Assembly: GCA_039621445.1 (NCBI GenBank)
Contig: CP154954.1
Coordinates: 25,804,954 to 25,868,953 of the forward strand
Reading direction: 5' to 3'
Length of the DNA: 64,000 nt
Origin: Euglena gracilis
Lineage: Eukaryota
A program made the position numbers and the translations under genes. Positions 18,127-41,100 of this stretch are shown piece after piece; position 1 is the first letter of the stretch; each line of letters opens with the position of its first letter. The notes beneath the pieces are model-generated. The model had not been told where the DNA came from. It saw only the letters and a list, made by a program, of their open reading frames with translations, and made no database searches.

Positions 18127-21100
18127 TTTTTTTTTTTGCACAGTCTGAGACAACGGAGAAGAGAGTGTGCGGATTACCGCGCAGCAGAGGGTGCGTGAGT
18201 GAGTCAGGGACACAATGTAGACACATCTGCTGTACATGCTGAACATTGTTTTCAGTGAATGGACAAAGATCACTCACGTATGTACAGTTTCAACCGTGTT
18301 GTCACCCGCGTGTGGGCAGTGAAGCAGTGTCGTATCGTCGTGCCGACAAGGGCTCAGTCCTTTACACGGGAATCCGCACAACACTGCGCTGTGTTTGATT
18401 CAAATCTGTCATCGTAGCACACTGTGTTGTACCACACACCGCAGCCATTGTAGACCGCTTCTACGCGGGTTTCCGCACAACTGGTGGGAACATCGCAATG
18501 ACCTGTTCTTCCTTCGCTATTACCTCCCTCACCGTTGAAATGTTTGCGCTTGATTCTGTGCTGTTGTGCGGGTTCCCGTGTAAAGCCATGGAAGGCTGCT
18601 GTTCAGGGTTTCTCAAATTTGAAGCCGGCGGGGGCAACAGTACCCGGATCGGTCCGTACGGCGCAATTCAGAGCGCGATTCCAGGTAAGACGGCCCTCCA
18701 AAACCGAAGGACCTGGGACCTTGTCGCGATTCAGGGTGTTTAGTGGTACAAGCGGATGTTGAAATTCTCGCGATTTGTACCCCCTCGCGAACGGGATGTG
18801 CCACTGCGACGTAACCCCTGGGAAAACACCGTGGTCTGGGGGCCGAAGTCGTTGTTTGTGCGGTTTCCCGCACAAACCGCAGCTCCACGTCGTAGAAGGT
18901 GGCCTGTTTTGGGTGATGTCAAGGGAGCAGCAGTTCACCCTACGGATGTGTCTCGCGAACGACACAGGAACCGTAAACCAGTCGTGTACCACCAACCACC
19001 CTCAGTCGCGAAAGAGTCCCAGGTAGTCGTGTCCGGGGGAGGTCTACAGCACGCAATCGTGCGGCCCAGTTGGGCGTGTGCACTGAGTCCCCTCAGTGGC
19101 CTAGACCAACCCCCCCGGGGGTATACCGAACTGCTGTCAGCTTCCGCTTCGTTCAGCCTCCCTCCTCCGCACCAACCACAGAAGAGAAGAAAAGAGACCC
19201 TACACACACAAAAGAGACACACGTCGTGTATACATACACGCAGCCCGAGCGGATACCCGTACACGGACTCGTCCGTAAGGAAAAAGTAGGCAAGTGACCG
19301 CACCGGCCGGGAACCAGTGGCGTTGCCCACTGGGGTGGGCGGTCCCAGGGAGCTCGGCCACAAGAGGCCGTTACAGCCACTTGCCCAACATCTCTCTCCA
19401 GAGATCGCACATGGACTGTATAACATTCGCGAAACCACTGTTGGTGGTCAAGCCGGCGGTTACACCAAATGAAGGCCTCACGATCCAGATCCAGAAGCGT
19501 AGGAGGGAGAAGGGGCGGACATCTGTGCAGTGCACTGGGCCTCACGCCTTACGCGCTGGTCCGTTCTTGTACGCGGAAACCCGCACACATCGTCGCCGTT
19601 GGCGTGTGACCACACCACACAGACTCTGTCACCCTCGCCAGACCTCCACGCACACAACTGACCGGTGGCCTACGCATTCCGATCGCGAGGAAAACCGGTC
19701 CCCTACGCAGTGGTGTACCACCAAACGTCCAAAACGTGAAACACAAACACCCAGGTTCCATTTTCCTACCCAGTCGGTCGGGGGAGTCCGGGACGGGCGT
19801 CGTCGCCCCAGCTGCGTTGGTCCGCAAACGCCGCAACCGCACCCCCGTTGGGGAGGTCTGGGCAACCTGCCCCGGCGGTGCGGAGAGGTCAAAGGACCAC
19901 CCGGGCTCCTCATTATTCTTTTTATACACTTGGAATGTGTTACACGGATTCCCGCACAAGACATCCCGTTGGCTTTTCCATACTTCATGGGCTGCTCTAC
20001 ATCTGTTTGGAAACCCTCACACCCCTCTACGGACGACCACACTGCGTCGAGTTTCGCAACCAGTCAGCACCGCAGTCGCGGAAACACCGGTGTTCCCACC
20101 GTTTACGTGCCGTTTCGTTCTTGTTCAGGCCGGGGAGTTACACAGGCAGGCTCGCCGGGGAGAGGACCGCCCCCTCTTACAGGGGGATGGGGCAGCCAAC
20201 TGTTGGCCCACCACCACACCCGGCGGACACACCACCGTCACCGGCCGCGGCTGGGCCACCGTCCCGGTGACGGTTAGGGCACACGGGATGTGTCGGGGTG
20301 TGGTGCGACAGACAGGACGCTGCCCCCCGGTCCCCCTGGCCTCCCCACCATTTTTCGTTTGCACTTCAAGTAAACGCATCTGTCCTCTCGCGTAGTCTGG
20401 CCCACACACCCACCTCAACGTTCTGCGGTGTTGTGCGGATTCCCGCCCAACACCAAATGCCTTCGTTCTGTCCTTCACAGGTTACACGGGTTACCGCCTG
20501 GACGTCATAAATACAACTACGCTCTCTTTACGCGGTAATCCGCCTAAACCACACATCACAGTTTTCTTTCACATCACACCAAACACACAACACCCCCCTG
20601 TATCACACATCGTTGTGTTTGTTGTGTGCGGTAATCCGCACACACTCGTGTTGTTCACCTCACCTCACACACTGTGTGACAACAGACGTACCACCAATAT
20701 ACACCCACATTGTACACGTGTTACAATACCGTGCTTTTCTGGTACCTGTAACAGGGGTCTCATCACCACTGTTTTTGCGTACCTCTGCATCGTGTACTGT
20801 ACGATGCGCGGAATACCGCACAAAACCACTTTCATAAAATCTTGGCCCAAAGCTGCCACGTAACCCTTGTAACTCAAAATTTTGTTCCTTTTTCGCTGTT
20901 TTTAAAACAGCCAAAAAACACCAAAAAACGCAAAAATGGCGTGGGCAATTCGCGCCGCCTAAGTCAAATCTCAACTTGAGACCCCCCATTCGTGAAATTC
21001 ATGCATTTTGGCATATTTTGTCCTCATATTCCGTTATTGTTCTTCCTGCAAGTGCCGGGGAAGACTGGTGCATCGAGCGAGAACACATGAGATTTTGAGA

Positions 21101-21449
21101 TGCATGTTTGTGGAACACTTGGCATTGCCCCCCCACTCATCACTCGCCGGATACCGCCAACCCGATCTTATAAAAAATGCACAACACAGTTACCACCAAC
21201 CAATTACCGAACTTTGAGCATCACTCTGTGGGATTCAACACACACATCGCGCTGCATTCAATGAGGATGGTATGTTTAAATAAAGATTCTGACAGAGTTT
21301 CAGATACATACACACACATTACAAACCATTTTCAATTATCACACAAATTTGTGTGTGCCTGGGTTGATTCGTACACGCACGCGCGCACCCAGCTGCCCCC
21401 GCCAATGCCCCCACCTCCTTCCCACTCCCCCCACCCAATCCCTCCGCAG

Positions 21450-30743
<9,294 letters not shown>

Positions 30744-33700
30744 CCCCCCCCCCCCGCCACAACGTTTGTGCAGACTCCCAGGTCCACTTCACAGCTGTGA
30801 ATTCCTTCGTCTATAATGAGGAAATTTCATTGTTGGATGTCAACGGCGCATTTTTCGGAGCTTGGAATTTGTGGATTGGGCGTTGGGCGTGTGGTGTTGT
30901 ATGTTTTTGTATGTGTGCTGTGGACGTGAGTGTGCAAGAATCCCCACAAATTCATGCCGCAAACAATCCCAAAGAGTCAGCACGAAATTGTAACTCTTAG
31001 AGATTATTGGAGAAATTAGATTCTCGTCCCATTGACTGGTCATTGGTGAGTGTGTTCCCCTGGACCAATATGGCGCGCGCGTGCGTGTGCGTGCGTCCGT
31101 GTGTGCGTGCGTGCGTCCTGTGTGAGGGGGGTGTGCGTGTGTGGGGGGGGGGGGGGGGCGTGTGGGTGGGGGGGGGGGGTGCGCGTGTGCGTGCATGCGT
31201 GTGTGCGGGTATGTTCGCATGTGTTTGCATTTGCAAAATTTGGGGGGGGGGCACCAACCGAGGGGTTTGGTTTTGCACCAAACCCCTCGGCTTAGTTAAA
31301 TGAAATTGTGCGGTTGCTGCCCAACGTCGCCAGGTGCAATGGGAAATCATGAACCTGATTGCCTTCTCATCGTCGCCGAGAGCTGCCGTTTGTTCTGGAC
31401 TCAAACTTTTCCGCAACTCCCCCCACATTGTGGGTCGGATGAGCAAAATGAGTGATCCGCAAATTATCTGCAGCGTGGATCTTTGGCCAATCTTGTCTTT
31501 CACATGAAGAGGCTTGAGAGAACAAAAGCAACCCTTGTGGCTCCTTTCCTGCTCAATGATGAACAAAACCCCCCGGATGGTTTTGCCCCTATAATTAATT
31601 AGTGGACCGATCTTTTTTGGCCCAAATCCTTGCATTGTTAATTGGGCAGAACAAATCCATTGAGGAACCGAATAACTATTTATCCAAAAGGTTATTTGCG
31701 TCAGGCACCTTGTGGCAATTTTTTGTTTTCATTTTTCACGCTGTTCCCCATAAAAAAATAGGGGGTGGGTGGCAAAGACCCCTCCGGCTCCGCATTGTTC
31801 CCTCATGAGGCCATACCTTGCTCGCCGGCGGTGTTGCTTGGATCGTTTTAGTGTGCTGGGTTAGGGGGTCCCGCTTTGTGCCTTTTTCGTACTCCCTCGA
31901 GGTGAACCGACAGGGGAGGAGGGGACACCGAGGGCGAAGCACAAAGACCTTGCGCGGCCATGCCTTCCTAGCCGGCGGTGTTGCTCGGATTGTTTTTGGT
32001 GCGTTTGGTTAGGAGACCTCGCTTGGTGCCTTTTTGGGCCGGAGTTGCCTGATTCTTACTTTGCCCTTCGACCCCAAGAAGAGAGGAACGCCAAGTGCCT
32101 TGTCCATTAGAAGAGCAGAAGTCAATCAATCATTTCGAATTATACGGAAAAAGGCGCTCTGCAGAACGCCAGAGCAGAAACTGCTGAAGCATCAGAAAAT
32201 TTTCCATGGCAGATGCTATTTGCAAGGCGAGAAGCGCGGGAGACCTTCAAGAGGAGCAGCAGCAGCAGCAGCTTGACAACCTGAAGGCATGGGTCGACTG
32301 TAGCGAACCGCGGCCGCCCCTTCACCAAATGAAAATTGCCCCAAAAAAACTTCCACAACCCAAACCCCCCAAAAGTGATGGCCACGGACCCTGGCAGACA
32401 GTGGTTAGGAGGCCCCGTAAGAGGCAGAACGGCCAGCAGCCCACTACGCCCATTGGGACCAGGGCCATGGGGGCCAACAATCCAAAGCACACATTCTGTG
32501 TGCTATGGCCGCCAAAACCGCACAGGCCATGAAGGAAACAAAGGCCATGACGGGACAACCGGCCATGAAGGCATCTACATCACCAAAAGTCGCCGGAACA
32601 AAGGCCAAGGTGGCCACCAGCACCAAGACTCCACAGGACATGGCAGGGGCAGAAAAGTTCAGAGACACCATCCCCATCCTTTCTCAATCACACCACCCCC
32701 AAGGGGTGAAGGGTGAGGCCGCAAGAATCCCTCAAGATTTCAAATGGGTATGACGACCCAGAACCCAATCAGGCCATTGGGGCCTTCAAGTGTTAGTGGC
32801 CTTGCTGCCCAGCAATTTTTGGCAAGCAAGCCTGTGGCATTACAACAATTGGCACTGCAGATTGGTGAATTAAGGATTTCCAGCAGAGAGGTTACTAATT
32901 CATCTTTTGGGTAGGGCAAATCTCACGACTTGTTTGCATGGCTCTGTCGACTGGAATTGACAAGGATTCTGGTGTATTTGCTTATACTGCGTGGCAACGG
33001 GAAGAAGAATTGGGAAAGTCCCCCCGGGATTGGGTGTTCCAAGTGCTTGGCGAATTAAAGGAGAAATTTATGCAAGAACTGCCGGGTATGCAAGTTCTGT
33101 ATTCTGAAGCTTGAGGAATGCCAGTGTTGCGGAAAGGTGTCATCTGCATGCCAGCAATTGCCATTGTGGCATGCTGCCCGGATCCTTCACAAACAAGTCA
33201 GTCCTGCCTGTACAAACAAGTTCTCTGCCCAAGATTCTCAGAAAGTGCATGATCTGGGCAGTCCTGCTGAAGATTTTAATGTCATATTTGGACATGGGAA
33301 TATTTGGGACAGAAGTGCCGAAGATAGTTCTGGAGACGAAAACAGAAAAATCAGACATGCAACCGAGATGTGCGGCAAGGGGGTGCAGACAGAAGGAAAA
33401 GCCGGAACAAGGGGGAGAAGGGAGAGAAGGAAGAAAATGAAGGGGAAGTAAAGGCGAGCTGGACAGATCGCATTCAAGGTAGTTGGTTGATGTTTGTGGC
33501 ATGCCGCGTGCTGTGTGTGTGGCTGTTTTTGGGGCGGTAAACCCAGTAATTTATCTATGTTTGTGGCAGGGCCGCTGGAGGCATGTGATAATGCCGCGGT
33601 GGGTGTTTTTTTACTGGGTGGAAATGTCATTCAAAGGCTCGGTAGTGGGGTGTGGCGAGCCGCGGTTTATCAAATTATCTTGCACTTATCTGCCCCAGTT

Positions 33701-34500
33701 TTCCCACTTCGACACCTGTTTGGGATCCCACCCACCCCTGGGCCATTTTGCGTGGAAGGACAGGTTTCCTCCCGTGATGGTCCACGGGGCATCTTTGGGG
33801 TGTCTTCCACTGAAAGAGAAGATGCCACCAAGGGAAGAGGCTCCAAGGGGCTGTGGGTGCCCTTCCTCTGCAGCCTGCCTGCTGGTTTGCTGTAGGAGCG
33901 TCCATTTAAGGGAGCTTTGAGTGTACGTCCTGCCCTCGCGTTTGCACTTATCCCTTTCTCCCGAAAGTCTTGAGTGGGGAGTAACAATGAAATTGCTTCC
34001 GTTTTCCCCTTTTGCTGCAAATCACAAAGGCAGGGAGGAAAGGTGGGACCGCAGTCCCTTCTTTGAAAGAATCCTCTGCTCGTTCGAACTTTGTCAAGAA
34101 ATAATTACCTTCTCTATTCAAAGGGACTTCGCCCACAATTTCTAAAAGAGAATTGCAAAGCACCAAACCCTATAAGCTTGAATTTGGAACCAGGTACTTT
34201 CGCTAAGCTTTCGCTATGGCCTCGAGATTCTCCCTTAGTCTTAAGGTTAACCATACTGTGTACAGGTACTGTACACGGCCCAGCCGTAGCCAGTTTGTAG
34301 GACGTAGCCTATTGTATCTGGTACACAGTGCCAAGGCAGAATGTCTGCCTGGTACACATCCCCCTCCCAGGGCTCTTCCCAATTTCCCTTTTGGAGCCAG
34401 GCACATTCCCAGGTTCAGAGATACAGTACCAGGATACCATGCTCTGCTTCCCAATTACGGTTAACGAGTTTGGGGGTGAAAGCGCAAAAGAATTCTGGCG

Positions 34501-35112
34501 CGAGTGCTGTGCTTTGTGCATATTCTTACTGACACCGTAGTGTCTTTGTAGACTTGACTCTTGGAGATCAACGTGTTATCGACCACCCTTAAGGGGATTC
34601 TGCCGCAGAGTCTTCAAAAGGAGTTAAAGGCGATGATTAAATGCGTATTCACGCTCGAGAACTCGCTCATTATGTGGGACGCCGCTCATTTCAGCCGTGG
34701 CTGAGTGTACACGGCAGGGAACCCTCAGCGTTTGCGGGTTTCCTTGAAGAACCTACCCATGTCTTGGTCTTGTATCAAGGTCACCTCCATTGAACAGAGG
34801 TCTGGGGTATATATCACGAGTGCTGTGCTTTGTGCGTATTCTTACTGACACCGTAGTGTCCTTGTAGTCTTGAATCTTCGAGATCAACTGTGTTATCGAC
34901 CACACTTAAGGTGATTCTGCCGCACATTCTTCAAAAGGAGTTGAAGGCGATGATTAAATGCGTATTGCTCATTATGTGGGACGCCGCTCATTTCAGCCGT
35001 GCCTGAGTGTACACGGCAGGGAACCCTCAGCGTTTGCGGGTTTCCTTGAAGTACCTACCCATGTCTGGGTCTTTTACCAAGGTCATCTCCATTGGACGCA
35101 GGTCTGGGGTAT
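34501..35112. repeat. Diverged tandem duplication of about 300 bp (34501-34810 and 34817-35112)
   Basis: Both copies start CGAGTGCTGTGCTTTGTGC and end GGTCTGGGGTAT. Confidence 0.9.
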
Positions 35113-38100
35113 TCTTATCAGGATCGTCCACGACGATCCCTGGGATAACCCAGCTTTTGACTTCTTGGATTTCCTTTGGTAGTTCAGTTTTTGAGTGTTT
35201 CAGCTTGCTTACGAAGGAAAATATGCTTATGAAGGAAAACATTTTCCACAAAACTCTCGGAAAAGTTGCAGGCCATATGTAGTAGTTCCACCTTGGATGG
35301 TTTGCTGGCACCTTTGGTGGCATCCCAGGCAGAACGTTGAAATCAACGTTGTGCGAGCGGGACGCATAGGCACAGCAGGTGACGTGTGGTTTCAGAATGG
35401 AGCCAACCCTTTCCAAAAAAATGTTCATAATCACATCGTTCTGGTGGGTAGTCAGGGAGTAACCAAGGTTGTGTTGTTGAGAGACCGTGTTCTCTTTTAT
35501 GAATAAAGGATAAATGACTGGTTTCCAGTAGTGGTCATTGAAGAGTAGGGGCAATCGCCCTTTTGTACATTCCACAGCAAGTCTGATTCCGCCGGAATCA
35601 GTTTGGAAGTCAAAGGCGATTCCGCCGCGCTCAAAGACTCAGCTTTCCTGAAGCTTTTGTGTAGTTACACCTCTCGTTTTGTATTGAAGTAATTCAGGAA
35701 ACCTTCTGGAAAGTCCTCGCTTCAGGGTGCGTCCTTGAGGTTTCTGCCACCTGCGGGCAACCATATGTCTGCCCTTAGGCAATTGACACAGAAAACCTCT
35801 TCCGACCACCGAAAGTTGTTCAACTGTCTCCAGGCAAGGAGACAGTCACCGCAGATGAATGCGGCTGTGCTTGGAACAAAAACGTTGTGGTGAAATATTT
35901 TACGTGTGGTGTTCGCTTAACGGACGTGCACAGCCAGCACGCTGTTACGGATGTTGTGACAACCTGTACAGAGTCAGAAAATTTGGCCATCCGTCCTATT
36001 GCCAAAAGGAATGTTTCCCCAAAGAATTGGGCAAACACCCTTGCCAAAATGGCATTGTAGAAACGCCAATATGGCGAACATAGTAGTTCCATCTCTGGTC
36101 GTTGAAGAACAGCAGCTCAATCCACTTGTTCAACAAAATTACGGCTTCGCGGGATGATTGTATCATAGCAACGCGTTCTTCGACGCTTGGCAGGACGCAC
36201 ATGATATCGTCCTGCCACAAGAGGGCATCCTCGTCAACCGTCACGTTATCCTCTTGCGAGGTTTTGAGAGGTTGTATCTTGTCGTGATCTACCACGGAGG
36301 GTAGTAGTGACACGGCTTTTCCGGTCATTTCAGCGTAAGTTGGTGCTGGTGTGGTACCGGCTGGGGTCCTCGCCCGCTTTCCTGGCTTGCTACCACTCCC
36401 AGTAGGAGGAGGAGGTTTTGGTTCATTGTGTCGTTCGGTAGGTTTGCACGGTTCTGCAGGTTGTGGTATAGCCTTAGGTTTACTTTTAGTTGTTGCGGAA
36501 GGGGGCGTCCCGCAGAAATCTTTTTTGGAGCAGGTTTGGCTATTGGTGTAGTGGGGAATGGTACGTCAGCAGCCGTCGGTACCACCAGTTCAGGTGTGTA
36601 GCCACTACGGGTATTGTGTCATGTGGTGGGGCTGTCTGACCGTAGTCGATTTGGTTGTTGTCACCAATTTGTGGGTTTCGACAGTAGTTTGTACAGCAGT
36701 AGGCGAGCTGGCCGCAGTCGAAGCCGGAGCTTCTTGTGTGGGTTGTCCACCAAGTCTCGTGTCACGGGGATTTCGCGTTGATGAAGAAGACCTCGACTTC
36801 ACCATTGCGATCATCGAGGCTACGCCACTTCGGACGCTTCCCAGGACGCGTTCTGCGGCGCGTCCCAACTTAGGATGGTGTAAGTATGAATTCGTCCGGG
36901 TCCGCAGGGAGGCCGTATATGGCTTCATGTTGTCGTCAGGCAGTCAGTTGGTGTAATACGATTACACCCCGTCGGTTGCTTCCGTGTCTCGTCCATTTTC
37001 TGCACGTGTGGAGGGTGGTGGGGCAGTATCCGTCAAAGGCACTGCAGCCATTGTAGGGTCTGCAGGCACTTCGGTCATCGTGAGTTCTGTAGGCGCGTCG
37101 GGTTCCGCATCTGGTAACGGTCTTTGTGGTCGTGCTGTAGCAGGCCACTTCGTCCCTTAAGGCATGTTGAGCGCTGTCCTCTCCGCGTTCAGACTTAGCA
37201 GACACGGAGTAGACTGTGCGTGTGGTCTGTTCGTTGTCCGTCATCTCTTCCATTTCGGAAGGCGAAACAGAATAAGAGTCCGACGAATGTACGGGGGTAT
37301 GTTCAACAGGCATTGTACGTGTAGGTGGCGGCGGTGCAAACGTTCTTCCGACGTTTGCTTGCAGACATCGCTGCTCTTTTGTTGTTGTTGTTGTTGCGGA
37401 TGACGCATCCGTTGTAGGTTCTCGTTCAGCTGCAGATTACGCTGCTTCAGACTCCGCACGCTTACGTTGAAGAAGTTTGGTACGGTATTGTAGACGGAGA
37501 TTTTGCCACCCGACAAATTTTTTTCCTCCTGAACCGCGAGGAAACCAGTCCAATATCGGGATGGCTCACCCATCCTTATTTGTACGTTTTCCCTTGAAAA
37601 ATGGGGCAAAGTCTTCCCTTCTGAGGGTTTCGCCGAACAGGCTCTTCAGGTCTTCGTCGCATTCAGGTCGAAGAGGGAGGTATTCTGGTTGCAGTGGTTC
37701 CCTTGGATTGAACAAATTATAAATTTCCAATCTCTCCATATTCATGCCCTCCATTGGAAGGTCTGCATATTCAGAAGCATTTGTCGGTGGTTTCGTCCGG
37801 TGTATCCGATTTCTCCAACTTCGAGGGGATTGTGGCAGATGCGTCTCAGTAGTTGTCGTTGTTGTTGGACCTCCGTCCATTCGCGTTGGTGGGGTTGCGC
37901 CCTTTGTGTGTTTGGGCGGTTGGCTGTCCGACCGTGCACTCCAATCCCTCAGAAGTCCACGGGGAACTTGTGCTGGCAGTGGATGTAACAAATCACGAAT
38001 TTTTGTTGGTAAGTCAGGTCGATTCCGACCACTTGAGAATGAGAACTGTGGTGTTCGTTGAAGAAACTTTGGTAGTTGTATCATTTCGTGTGTCACCAAC

Positions 38101-41100
38101 AACAATACATCATTTGGAAGTTTGAATACTTCCCATTGTATGCCTTGTGGTCCGCTTTCTCCGATGTTGTGGAACATTGTCTACAGCGTGTAAAGGGGTA
38201 ATAAATGCCTCTTTTCGAGAAACGGCAGCAACAACATCATCCACAATTCATGGATTTAGGCATGCCATCCTTCCCTTAATGTCGTCACTGAGACCAAAAG
38301 ACGCCACGACGATAGCGTTAAAAAAAATTCTCCTATTATCCAACCCCCTTTAGCGTTTGCTCAAAAGAATGGCGCTCACACTCGCAACAAAGAGTTCGTT
38401 GGAGGGGAAACTATCCGGGGACGAAAATGGATTGACTCCCTTTTCTGTGTTGTCATCATTCCGGATCAAGCACACTGATTTTAGTGTCTGAAAAGCAGCG
38501 AAATTCCCGAAAACTTGCATCAAAGATTGATGATATTCTGACGTGAATCCAGCACTTTACAACCAAAGCCAAAAGGTTTGTTTTTCATGCACGGGATCAC
38601 CCCCCCTCTATTCCAAGCCATCGTCGTCTTCAACAACTGCGTTTGGCAAGGTGGTCCCTCCCTCTGCAAGCCCAAGGCTACCTACCTCTGCCAGCAATGT
38701 CATATACCGGCTTGCCGGCGGGGCCCCTCAAGCCACGGTAAGCCATATATTCGGCACTTGCGACAGCGACCATTGCTCTGACCACCCCAAAGCGTAGGAT
38801 CAAGGATCATGGGACCCAACAAAAGGAGGACAGCAGGGACAGCAATTTGTTTCTTCTCGCCGTCGTTACTTGCCTATTTCCTTGCTGGTTTTCCTCAGTC
38901 GCCTTTTTCCTGCTTGTCCTGCTTTTTTTCTCGCTTGTCTTGGCTTTCATTGTCCTGCGGAGAATCCAGATTACGGCGCAGCATTCCTCTGCTTTAGGAA
39001 GATCATGATTCCCAAGAGGCTTTTTCATTCATCTTCCCCATGACATGTGACATTTCGCTTTTTAAACAAAATATCTAGAAACTGCTACCAAGCATGCCAC
39101 AAAATGTGGGAGATGATTCACTGAGTGGTCTCGGAAGAGTTTGAGGTGAAAAGCGGTATTCACATCATGTCTAAGCAGGGTGAAATAAGGGGAACCTCCT
39201 GGTAGGAACTGCGGTGTATTTGCGTGCTTTCGGCTGATCTTGCCCAACCTGGGACACGTAGTGTCACCCTCGCAACCAAGAAATCTACACACACAAAGCA
39301 TATTTGTCTGGTATACACACATATTTGGGCTTTCTGCGTGTTTTTTGGGGTACTCACCAACCACTTTTCCACACGCCTCTTTGACATGGGATATCCCCCG
39401 TTATAAAAACCCCAGATCCCATCCCCGTTCTGGCACGGAATTTACTTTCCCCCAATCACATGCGGACTCGCATGGTCCGAGCCTCTTTCTTGCTTTTTGA
39501 AACACAGAAAGCCGGGCCCCTATTGGTTAAAGGGCAGGTTGGTTCGTTCAAACCCGTATCCGTTTGAGGTGAAAAATTTCAACCTCCGTTACCACCCGGA
39601 AATGGTCTACAGAACATTCTAGGTGCTTCACACCATCTCAGATTTACCTTCCAAAGAATTATTCCACCGGGAACCGAAATATTCGATCCGCAAACGTCAC
39701 ACAAGGGACAGCCGGACCCCGACAATGCGGCCCCAGGAAATGGCACAGTCTCGAGGGGTCACCCCTTCCCTTTCCCTCCGGCAGGGTGGAGAAAATGTTT
39801 ATTTTGTTATGACCCCTTTTCTCCTGGTCGACTCGTTCCAGCAGGATTTGCGAGCACAATGCTGCACATGTGGAGTGACTTGCCATTTGTGCCTTCGGAC
39901 TCGTTGGGGAGCAAAAAATTGACAGAATTACTCAAGCCCAAAGGGTTGTGGCCCAGAAGTTTCCCACGATGAGTGGGCCTTTCGGGCATCTATAGAGTGG
40001 GGACGACATCCCCTGCCGTTTGGAGGGTAAAAAAGGCAGGCGGAATGGTTTTTTAAAAAATAAGGACCAGCCCGACACCTCGTGCCACGAACTTTGCCAT
40101 TCTGAGGCCATTGCTTGCTCGCCAGCGGTGCTGCTTGGATTGCATGGGGATATGAAGCGCGACGGGGCAAGCGTATGAAAACTGTACGGTGGAGATTCAA
40201 GGAAAAGATTTCAAAGCGTTCCTTAGGAAGGTTTGCGACAAGAAGGACACACATTCGATTAAATTGTTATCATTGGAGAGGAGGATATTTCGTAACATGC
40301 CAAGGGCAAGTTGCTTATCCCTCTATGAATTAGTTATTGGACGAATCGTGCTATTGGCCAGTCTTCTTCCTCCCATTCCTCTGGAAGCGAAAGAAGCGAC
40401 AAAATGTTGCAAAATAGTCTCCGTGTTGGGTCAAAAGGTGCTGAAAAATTAACCGGCACTCACTTGCAACGTTTTGAGGCTTTAAGCTCTCAAAGCGCCT
40501 AAAAAACAACTCTCTAATCTGGGCAAAAGGTTTGGTGTTTGCGTCCACTGACTTTGCAAGCAAGCTTGAATCTTCGTTGGTTGGGACCTTGTTCGGTTAA
40601 AACCTGCGTCTGCTGCAAGGTTCATACCAGATTAAGGTGACACCTGGTGTGCACATCACACAATGTAAAATACAGGTTGAAGACTAACTCTTTTGATACC
40701 GCTACCTTTCAATTTTTACCCAAGCCAAACCGAGAACATGGCACTACCCCCGGTGAGTGTGCACTGACAATGACAATTTCTTGTGGAACGGAAGGGTTGG
40801 GTTGATTATGATAACGCTTGGTAACCCAAAAACCCCACCTCCCTAATAGAAGCAAGGGTGCGCTTATAGCGGACTGAAGCCTCTTGCGGCGTGGGGTGCG
40901 CTTTTATTTGGACCCTTCCCCGATATTTGTTTATTTCCTTAGAAATACCATCAAAATGAGGGGTGCTCGTGTGGTGGACCTCCGCCTTGGACAGCGAGGG
41001 GTGCGATTTTATTTAGTCTCTGCGCTTGTGGCTGCAACGCGCTTCGAACCGGGAGGGGTGCGGGTTTATGGCGTTCTTTACATCGTTACGCCCGAGAACC

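Larger units (their letters stand above)
8307..20819. repeat. Dispersed palindromic motif RCGG-N4-CCGY, about 38 copies by hand count
   Basis: Examples (approximate starts): GCGGGTTTCCGT 8307, GCGGTTATCCGT 8823, ACGGGAATCCGC 10660, GCGGATTACCGT 11539, ACGGAAACCCGC 12677/14339/14834, GCGGATAACCGC 16429, GCGGTAATCCGC 20532/20628, GCGGAATACCGC 20808. Confidence 0.9.
8252..20963 (-). mobile_element. 12.7-kb DNA transposon with CTTAGGCGG termini and two spliced minus-strand genes
   Basis: Perfect 22-bp TIR CTTAGGCGGCGCGAATTGCCCA (8252-8273 and 20942-20963). An element-restricted palindromic motif runs throughout, and it contains transposase-like and ParB-like genes. The flanks TCAGC/TCAAA are only 3/5 identical, so the TSD is not clean. 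Confidence 0.85.

Noticed and set aside
8307-20819. Recurrent palindrome considered as a CRISPR-like array
   Set aside because: The unit is only 12 bp, spacing is irregular with exons in between, there are no cas genes, and the context is eukaryotic.
32206-32753. Possible LINE ORF1/gag-like fragment (PWQTVVRRPRKR)
   Set aside because: It is a low-complexity hint only, with no RT or endonuclease motif nearby.
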